Source: Candidatus Euphemobacter frigidus
GTDB taxonomy: Bacteria > Auribacterota > Erginobacteria > Erginobacterales > Erginobacteraceae
DNA: 64,000 nt
Assembly: GCA_030765805.1 (NCBI GenBank)
Contig: JAVCDH010000084.1
Location: forward strand, 3,961-67,960
Direction: 5' to 3'
Below are positions 9,252 through 17,608 of this stretch, piece by piece. Position 1 is the stretch's first letter. Each line of letters starts with the position of its first letter. Position numbers and translations under genes: made by a program. The notes under the pieces are model-generated. The model made no database searches, was not told where the DNA came from, and was given only the letters and a program-made list of their open reading frames with translations.

Positions 9252-10727
9252 TTACAATGTATTATTTGTTGAATAAGGGCGGGAGAAGAGCCAGCCCCAG
9301 AGGAAGGTCCAGGCGGTTCCGATTACCACATACCAGGGCCAGGCGAGGAGGGTCTCCCCCCCCAGGAGAAATTGCTCGATCAGAGTGAGAGTAAGTAGGA
9401 AGAGAGCACTGCTGATCATGGCCCAGAGGTTCATCCGGTCATTACTCCTCCGGGTCAGGACCCCCAACAAGAATATCCCCAGCAAGGCGCCATAGGTAAA
9501 CCCGGTCACCTTGAAGCCGAGCCAGAGCTTCCCGCCGGGGATTCTGTTTAGAAGAAGGGCGGAGATAACCAGAAGAAGACAGAACGCGGCCACGAAGATC
9601 CGGGAGACTTTCAGATAGTGCTTTTCCGAAGCCCCGGGGCGGATGAACGGCTTGTAGATATCCATGATCGCGCTCGAGGAGAGGGCGTTGATGGCCGAGT
9701 CAAGACTGGACATGGCGGCGGCGAAGATGGAGGCGATCAGCAATCCCCGGACGCCGGCGGGGAGGGCCGTCATGATGAAATACGGGAAGATGGTATCAGG
9801 ATCGGCCAGGAATGATGCCGGGATATGATGCCCCAGAACGTTGTAGAGGCAGAAGAGGGCGGTTCCGATCAGGAGGTAGGTAAAGACGATCGGGAAATCG
9901 AGGAGGCCGGTCAGGAGCAAAGCCCGCTGGCTCTGCTTAAGGTTTTTGCAAGTCAGCATCCGCTGGGTCAGATCCTGGTCGGTCCCGAGGGCGGCAAAGG
10001 TCTGGAAACAGCCGTTGATAAAAGCGATCAGGAAGACCTGGCTCCCGGTGAAGGTAAGACGAAAGTCGAAGATCCTGAACTTCTCCGGCGCGACGAATGT
10101 TCGCAGCCCTTCCCATCCGCCGGGGATAGCGTCTAAGAGAAAGAAGATAACAACCCAGGCGCCGCCCATGAAGATGATGAATTGAAAGACATCGGTCCAG
10201 ATCACCGCCTTGATCCCCCCGATCAGGGTATAGAAGAGGGCGATAATCGCCACCGCGATTATGATTATGAAGAGAGGGAGCCCGGTAACCACGCTGAGAA
10301 CCAGGGAGACGACCAGTAAGCGCACCCCGCTGGCCAGGAGGCGGGTGACAAAGAAGAATATTACCGCGGTCAGCCGACTTCTCTCACCGAACCGCTGGTT
10401 GAGAAACTGGTAGATCGAGGTGACACGCCCCCGGTAGAAAGCGGGGAGAAAGAGAAAGGCGATCAATATCCTCCCCAGCAGAGAGCCGAAGGCGAACTGG
10501 AGATAGGCGTAGTTTCCCAGGTATGACGCTCCCGGCGCACCAATGAAGGTGACGGCGCTCACCTCGGTGGCCAGGATGGAGAAGGTCACCGCCCACCAGG
10601 GCATCGAGCGTCCGCCTAAAAAATAATCTTCGGTATTCTTCTCACGCCGGCCGGCCCAAAGCCCGATCGATGCGATGGAGATGAAATATAGGATTAAAAC
10701 CAGATAATCGAGAGGAGCAAAAGTCAT
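9252..10727 (-). CDS. Sodium:solute symporter family (SSF) transporter
   Basis: The 491 aa protein has 13-14 TM segments and an N-terminal region (LGGRSMPWWAV...) typical of the SSF family. Confidence 0.8.
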   Translation of the reverse strand: MTFAPLDYLVLILYFISIASIGLWAGRREKNTEDYFLGGRSMPWWAVTFSILATEVSAVTFIGAPGASYLGNYAYLQFAFGSLLGRILIAFLFLPAFYRGRVTSIYQFLNQRFGERSRLTAVIFFFVTRLLASGVRLLVVSLVLSVVTGLPLFIIIIAVAIIALFYTLIGGIKAVIWTDVFQFIIFMGGAWVVIFFLLDAIPGGWEGLRTFVAPEKFRIFDFRLTFTGSQVFLIAFINGCFQTFAALGTDQDLTQRMLTCKNLKQSQRALLLTGLLDFPIVFTYLLIGTALFCLYNVLGHHIPASFLADPDTIFPYFIMTALPAGVRGLLIASIFAAAMSSLDSAINALSSSAIMDIYKPFIRPGASEKHYLKVSRIFVAAFCLLLVISALLLNRIPGGKLWLGFKVTGFTYGALLGIFLLGVLTRRSNDRMNLWAMISSALFLLTLTLIEQFLLGGETLLAWPWYVVIGTAWTFLWGWLFSRPYSTNNTL

Positions 10728-10746
10728 CTATATCCAACCCGGCATT

Positions 10747-11052
10747 CTACTCGGGGTGCGGTGTCGGCTCGATGATGAAGATCTTCTCGTTCTTCCCCAC
10801 CAGGCCCAGCTTCTCCCGGGCCAATTTCTCAAGTTGGGCCGGGTCATTCCGAAGCTCGGCTATCTCTTTGCTCAACCGTGCCACATCATCTTCCAGCAGA
10901 TCGATTCTTTCCTGATAAATAATCTGCTGCCGGCGCAACTCGCGCAATTTTACGAACTTGTGATAGAAGAGATATCCGAATCCGACCAGGAGAACGGTCA
11001 AACCCGTCAACCAGAGTATCTTCAGGAGGCGATTCAAACCGGTCTTCCCCAA
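10747..11052 (-). CDS. ftsB: Septum formation initiator FtsB/DivIC family
   Basis: A single N-terminal TM segment is followed by a coiled coil, and the gene lies immediately downstream of eno, the conserved synteny. Confidence 0.7.
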   Translation of the reverse strand: MGKTGLNRLLKILWLTGLTVLLVGFGYLFYHKFVKLRELRRQQIIYQERIDLLEDDVARLSKEIAELRNDPAQLEKLAREKLGLVGKNEKIFIIEPTPHPE

Positions 11053-11099
11053 TTAACTTATTACTGGCGGAGATCCCGCTACAGATCCCGGCCGAACGG

Positions 11100-12440
<1,341 letters not shown>

Positions 12441-12501
12441 CTACTTATTTCTCCAGCAATTTGAACTTTCTTTGTCACCGGCTCTATGCTCATGTCTGGA
12501 C

Positions 12502-13713
12502 ATGAGCAGAACCGCGAAGTTAACAGTTGAGGACCTGATCGATTTTTTCCGAGGCTCGATTGTACCGCCCTCCGAGAACCACGTTGGAGCGGAGTATGAG
12601 ATCTTCTGCCTGAATAAGGAGAGCTTTACCCGGCTTGGTTACGACGGCTCACCCGGGATAAAAAAAATTCTGGAGTTTCTGTTGGGACAGAGCGGCGGCC
12701 GGCCGATAAAAGAAGCTGATAAGATCGTTGGTCTTGAGCATGAGGATTTCACCATCAGTATCGAACCCGGAGGGCAACTGGAGGCTTCTTTCAGCCCCTG
12801 CCGGGCTATCAGGGAGTTAGCAGAGAAGCTTTCAAACTACCGGAAATTACTCAAAGAAGCCGAATCACTGGGGGTTATCTTCATCGCTTTTGGTGTGGAT
12901 CCAATCAATCCATTCGAGGCGGTCCCCTGGATGCCGAAGAAGCGCTACCAGATCATGCGAAGATACTGGGCGAAGAAACCCGGTTTGAGTCTCTACATGA
13001 TGAAACAGACCGCGGCAATTCAGGTCAGCATCGACTACAACTCGGAAGAGGATGCCATTCGTAAACTCCGTAATGCCATTATCCTCTCTAATGCCCTCAC
13101 CCCCTTCTGCGGCAATTCGTCGATCTATGACGCTACCTACCGTTATACCAACAACTTCCGGAAGCAGTTCTGGTGTGGGACTGATAAAGAGAGAAGCGGG
13201 ATTCCGGCCGGATGCGCGAAACCGATCGGCTCCTTCGTCGATTATGTCGATTACGCGCTCAATATTCCGATCATCTTCCTCTATCGGGACGGCCGGTATC
13301 ATGAATTAGCAGAGCGTGTGACCTTCCGGCAATTTCTCACGGAAGGATATCACGGTTTTTTCCCTGTTCTTAAAGATTGGCTCCTTCACCTGAATACGAT
13401 CTTCTCCCTGGTCAGATTTAACAACACCACTCTGGAGATCAGGCCGTTCGACTCCAATCGGCCCGAGATGTTGCTGGCTATCGCCGCCCTGGTAAAAGGA
13501 CTTTTTTATAACAACCGGCTTTACAACCCGTTGATATCACCGGGTGAACTGGCGGAAAAAGCACGGGAGGGACTACCGGAAGAAGATAGAATTTACCTGG
13601 ATCCACTCAAGCTTCTCCTGAGAGAGGGAGAAACTTGCGGTGATAGGGCTTACCGGATCTTCAGACAAAGGGGAGGAATCACTTCCTTGATTGATTGGCT
13701 AAAAATTGGATGA
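12502..13713 (+). CDS. gshA: Glutamate--cysteine ligase (GshA/GCS family carboxylate-amine ligase)
   Basis: It contains an EYE...ISIEPGGQLE segment characteristic of gamma-glutamylcysteine synthetase and is ~400 aa. The start is uncertain: the ORF track begins inside eno at 12238, and the first in-frame ATG after eno is 12502. Confidence 0.55.
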   Translation: MSRTAKLTVEDLIDFFRGSIVPPSENHVGAEYEIFCLNKESFTRLGYDGSPGIKKILEFLLGQSGGRPIKEADKIVGLEHEDFTISIEPGGQLEASFSPCRAIRELAEKLSNYRKLLKEAESLGVIFIAFGVDPINPFEAVPWMPKKRYQIMRRYWAKKPGLSLYMMKQTAAIQVSIDYNSEEDAIRKLRNAIILSNALTPFCGNSSIYDATYRYTNNFRKQFWCGTDKERSGIPAGCAKPIGSFVDYVDYALNIPIIFLYRDGRYHELAERVTFRQFLTEGYHGFFPVLKDWLLHLNTIFSLVRFNNTTLEIRPFDSNRPEMLLAIAALVKGLFYNNRLYNPLISPGELAEKAREGLPEEDRIYLDPLKLLLREGETCGDRAYRIFRQRGGITSLIDWLKIG

Positions 13714-14620
13714 TGGGCTCTTCATAGTGGACATTATCCACTTGATTTGATTCCGCCAGCAAACCCGGACTGGTAATATTGAACTCAGAGAGATGCCCAG
13801 CGATAATATCCAACGCGGAGAGAACGATATCTTCTTCACTGCAGAACGCGCCGACAGCACGCGAGATCTCCCCTTCCTTCTCCGTCAGTATATGCGGTGC
13901 TCCATGAGCTCCGAAATCAAAGTTGGCCTTGAAGGAACCCGGAGCAGGTATTTTCTTCATAACCGCCAGAGGACTATCCCCCAGCATGAAGATACGGGTC
14001 TCACCGGCCGTTACCTCCGGAAGATATCGCTGAATCATAATCTTCCGTGTTTCGTTGCCGGTCGCGGATAGGATTATCTCCTTCAATCCGGGATCGGTGG
14101 CCAGCAGAAGTTCAACGTCTTTTCCGCTGCAAGAATAGAGAGGTTTGAGAACCACCGTGCCGCCGACCTCGGTGACAAACCGGATGATTCTGGAGAGAGA
14201 GGAAGTTACTATTGTTTCGGTAATAAATTCCGGAAAGAGGAAGATGGAAAGCTTTTCATTATAACGCAAAAGGGAGAGAGGCTTATTAATGATCCGGGGC
14301 CCGCGAATGTCCACAAGGAGAAGAAGGAGGATGAGATAAGATTCATCGAAGGGCGGATCCTTCCTGATTAAGATGACATCAAACGATTCCAGGTTATATC
14401 TGGTTTCAGTCAGTGATGACAGCCGGATAGATTCACCTATCTCATTACGATGGTGTCGGGCGAGACAGGAAGTTGAGGCGCGTGATCGCGATATATCAAA
14501 TTCGGTACAGGAATAAACCTCATGGCCCCGGTGAAGCGCCTCGTTCATCAATAATATCGAGGTGTCACTGGTGATGTGAAGTTTTTCGAAGGGATCAAGT
14601 ATATATAACTGTTTCATCAA
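13679..14620 (-). CDS. gshB: Glutathione synthetase (prokaryotic GshB, ATP-grasp)
   Basis: The 313 aa protein has an N-terminal ILDP...DTS...EA..RGH substrate-binding region and a C-terminal ATP-grasp region. Its 3' end overlaps gshA convergently by 35 bp. Confidence 0.65.
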   Translation of the reverse strand: MMKQLYILDPFEKLHITSDTSILLMNEALHRGHEVYSCTEFDISRSRASTSCLARHHRNEIGESIRLSSLTETRYNLESFDVILIRKDPPFDESYLILLLLLVDIRGPRIINKPLSLLRYNEKLSIFLFPEFITETIVTSSLSRIIRFVTEVGGTVVLKPLYSCSGKDVELLLATDPGLKEIILSATGNETRKIMIQRYLPEVTAGETRIFMLGDSPLAVMKKIPAPGSFKANFDFGAHGAPHILTEKEGEISRAVGAFCSEEDIVLSALDIIAGHLSEFNITSPGLLAESNQVDNVHYEEPIIQFLANQSRK

Positions 14621-14675
14621 TTAGCGCCTCCGACTTTAGGTTTAAATGTTATAATGGATAGCGAGGGTTTTATCA

Positions 14676-15380
14676 ATGAGGAATGTGCCAATGCTCAAAG
14701 TAATACAATTCAGATACGGCAATGACAACCTGGGTTATCTGATCCACGACGAACATACGGGGATTGCGATCGATCCGGGTGATCCCGGATTTTTATGGGA
14801 CTATATCCAGCAACACGGAATCCATCTGAAAGGAATTTGGAATACTCATTCTCACTCCGATCATACCTTGGGCGACAGTTTGCTGGCGGCGAAGAGCGGG
14901 GCGCGAATTATGCGCTCAACCGGAACAGAATATATCACACTTGAGGGAGGAGAAATAGAAGTGATGCCTACGCCCGGGCATACCCAGGATTCAGTCTGTT
15001 TTCGGGGTAATGGCTGGGTCATAACGGGTGATACCCTTTTAATTGCCAATGTGGGGAATTCTGTCCCGGGACTGTTCAAGGCCTTTCGGGGATCGCTGAC
15101 CCGGCTCATCTCACTTCCGGAAGAGACGGTTGTCTACCCCGGACATGATTATACGGAGAGATCGATCCTCCGCGCCATGCAGATCGAACCCGGCAACGAT
15201 CATATAAAGCGTTTTTGGCAGTCATATACTCCCCCTCCCGTCGTGTCCACCATCGGCGATGAGAAGAGGATCAACCCGTACTTAAGAACGGAAGTGCCGG
15301 CGGTAATCGCATATCTTAAAGCAAATGGGAAGAATACAGATACCTCTTTCAAGCGGTTCAAATCGTTCCTGGAGCTTTAA
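14676..15380 (+). CDS. MBL-fold metallo-hydrolase, hydroxyacylglutathione hydrolase (GloB)-like
   Basis: It carries an HSHSDH metal-binding motif and is ~230 aa, consistent with GloB-like hydrolases. Confidence 0.6.
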   Translation: MRNVPMLKVIQFRYGNDNLGYLIHDEHTGIAIDPGDPGFLWDYIQQHGIHLKGIWNTHSHSDHTLGDSLLAAKSGARIMRSTGTEYITLEGGEIEVMPTPGHTQDSVCFRGNGWVITGDTLLIANVGNSVPGLFKAFRGSLTRLISLPEETVVYPGHDYTERSILRAMQIEPGNDHIKRFWQSYTPPPVVSTIGDEKRINPYLRTEVPAVIAYLKANGKNTDTSFKRFKSFLEL

Positions 15381-15445
15381 ACGCTTATTCGAGCAGATAA
15401 AAATCAACTTGGTGAATCCGGCGCACCCTGGTATAGTAACATCTT

Positions 15446-16129
15446 ATGAAGATAATATTTATAATGGCCCTCTTTTCTCTGACTTTTCTCCCCGGCGGTG
15501 CCGGCGAGAATACCGCGCCCTGTCGCTCTGAAGTCTATTTCGGCCCCACCGGGGGGTTGGCACCCCGGAATTACAACAAGAAAATTCTTCTACTTCAGCC
15601 GGACCTGACCAATGAAAATCCGGCGGCCGGCAACATGAGCACCCCCCTGGTGGATATGATCCGGCGAGCGAAGAAGACCATCGATATCGCTTCCTATATT
15701 CTGGACAACCGCTCGGACGAGTATTTCGAACTCCTGAAAGCGAACCAGCGGGGGGTCAAGATCAGGATCTTCCTCGACGAATCAATCAAAGACTTTGTAA
15801 CCGAGAAGCCGATAATCGACCCGATGATCGAAGACTTGAAGAAGGAGAACCCGGTGATTGAAGTCAAGGTTCTCGATTCCGAAAAGACCGAACAGTTGAC
15901 CGGGATCCCGTTCAAGACCATGCACGAAAAGTTCGGCATCTTCGATCGCCGGGATTGCTATAACGGCTCCGCCAACATCAGCCGCCTGGCCACGCTGATC
16001 TATCATGAGAACCGCTTCTTCTTCCGGAACTGTCCTTCCGTGGTTACGGCCTTCCAGGAAGAGTTCAACCGACTCTGGAAGATGGGCCGGTGGCGGGTGG
16101 AATCGGCACAAGCGGGGGAGGAAAAATGA
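15446..16129 (+). CDS. Secreted PLD-family protein with a single HKD motif (Nuc-like nuclease/phospholipase)
   Basis: A signal peptide is followed by the motif HEKFGIFD-x6-GSAN, matching HxK(x4)D(x6)GSxN. Confidence 0.7.
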   Translation: MKIIFIMALFSLTFLPGGAGENTAPCRSEVYFGPTGGLAPRNYNKKILLLQPDLTNENPAAGNMSTPLVDMIRRAKKTIDIASYILDNRSDEYFELLKANQRGVKIRIFLDESIKDFVTEKPIIDPMIEDLKKENPVIEVKVLDSEKTEQLTGIPFKTMHEKFGIFDRRDCYNGSANISRLATLIYHENRFFFRNCPSVVTAFQEEFNRLWKMGRWRVESAQAGEEK

Positions 16130-16956
16130 GAGTACTAACCGGCCTTTTCTTGATGATCGTTCTACTATGTCCATCAGCCCCCCGGTCTTTCGGCGAGGTC
16201 GAGGTTATCTTCAACAGCACCCGCCCCCTGGTTGACGAGATCATTTATCTCTTCAAAGAGGCCGCGCCGCTTACGCCGAGAGATCAGAGCGGCAGCATCG
16301 ACGTGGCTATCTTCAGCTTTACCTCCAAGCGCCTGGCCGACGAACTCCTCCGGATCGGGCGTGATTACCCCAATGTCAAGATCAGGGTTCTGGCCAACCT
16401 GAGCATGCTGGAGTCGCCGTTCTCGGTCATCCCCTACCTGGAGAGCGTCATCAGCGGGGATCCGGAAGAGTACCGGACCGAGGCGATCCGGTCGGCAGCC
16501 TATATCGAAGATGACGAGGAGAAGAAAGCGCGGAAGATCGAGAAGACGGAGAAGGTGCTGATGAGCCAGTTCCGGGGCAGGCCGATCCCCAATATCGAGG
16601 TGCGGTACCATTATTACCCGGGCTGGTCCTGGAATGAACAGGAAGGTAAGCCGGCCTACGACCACTTTCACCAGAAGTCACATATCTGGCACCACAAGGC
16701 CGTGATTATCAACGGCAATATCCTGGTCACGGGAAGCTATAACTGGTCGAGCTCAGCCGAGATCAAGAACCTTGAAAACATCATGATATTCTCCGGCCCG
16801 GAAGAACAACACCTGGTGGATGGCTTCATGGCCGAGTTCGACGCGATGTGGAAAGATCCCGAGCTCGCCGGCGGCGGCGATGAGTGCCGGCGGCGGCGGG
16901 ATAAACGGTATCAAGAGATCCTTAAAGAACGGGAGACCGCTTCTCCCGGGTCCTGA
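16126..16956 (+). CDS. Secreted PLD-family protein with a single HKD-like motif (D replaced by N)
   Basis: Its motif is HHKAVIIN-x6-GSYN. The ATG at 16126 overlaps the upstream PLD stop as ATGA, with GGGGGAGG upstream. The ORF track starts at 16090. Confidence 0.65.
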   Translation: MRVLTGLFLMIVLLCPSAPRSFGEVEVIFNSTRPLVDEIIYLFKEAAPLTPRDQSGSIDVAIFSFTSKRLADELLRIGRDYPNVKIRVLANLSMLESPFSVIPYLESVISGDPEEYRTEAIRSAAYIEDDEEKKARKIEKTEKVLMSQFRGRPIPNIEVRYHYYPGWSWNEQEGKPAYDHFHQKSHIWHHKAVIINGNILVTGSYNWSSSAEIKNLENIMIFSGPEEQHLVDGFMAEFDAMWKDPELAGGGDECRRRRDKRYQEILKERETASPGS

Positions 16957-16986
16957 ATCTCCCCCTCCCTGTTTCTTCGCAATAGG

Positions 16987-17409
16987 TTAATCGAGCATTT
17001 TGATGATGGTGAGGAGGTTGGAACCATTCTCGCGGCGGTACTCCAATCGATCGGAGAACTTTTTCATCAGATAGACACCCAGGCCGCCGACCGGACGCCG
17101 GTCGATATCGAGATTGAGGTCCGGGGGGCCGACTTTCAGGGGATTGAAGGTGATCCCCCAGTCCCGGACAGTAGCGACAAATGACCGCTCAGAGAGGGTG
17201 CAGGTGAGCTCGATATCCCCCGGCGAACCGGAGGGGTAGGTATAACTGATGCAGTTGGTACAGGCCTCATCGACCGCCAGGTGGATATCGGAGGCCGTCT
17301 CCCCCTCGATTCCGGCGGACCGCAGGCAGGAGAGAGTAAAGTCGATCAACTTCTCCAGGTTCTCCAGCCGGGCCGGCACCCGTATTTTTTTCTCTTCTCC
17401 AGGCTTCAT
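16987..17409 (-). CDS. Anti-sigma regulatory factor, RsbW/SpoIIAB-like serine protein kinase (HATPase_c)
   Basis: The 140 aa protein has an N-box and G-box characteristic of partner-switching anti-sigma kinases. Confidence 0.65.
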   Translation of the reverse strand: MKPGEEKKIRVPARLENLEKLIDFTLSCLRSAGIEGETASDIHLAVDEACTNCISYTYPSGSPGDIELTCTLSERSFVATVRDWGITFNPLKVGPPDLNLDIDRRPVGGLGVYLMKKFSDRLEYRRENGSNLLTIIKMLD

Positions 17410-17608
17410 CCGCAGATTCCCGTATCATAATTGATATCGCAATAATCCCACCGGGCATGAGGGGCGTCAAGCGAGAAAAGAGATACGGGCGGTAAAGCTA
17501 TTCCGGAAAAAATACCATCGGGAGCAATAATACCGGGCTAAGATATACCGAGGTTGAAGATTGACAAAATATAGCGTATATTAAGGTATAAGCCGAGGAA
17601 GAAACGAT

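Noticed and set aside
17575-17590. 13-mer TATAAGCCGAGG shared with 45268-45283
   Set aside because: Dozens of chance 13-mer matches are expected in 64 kb, and there is no extended similarity around them.
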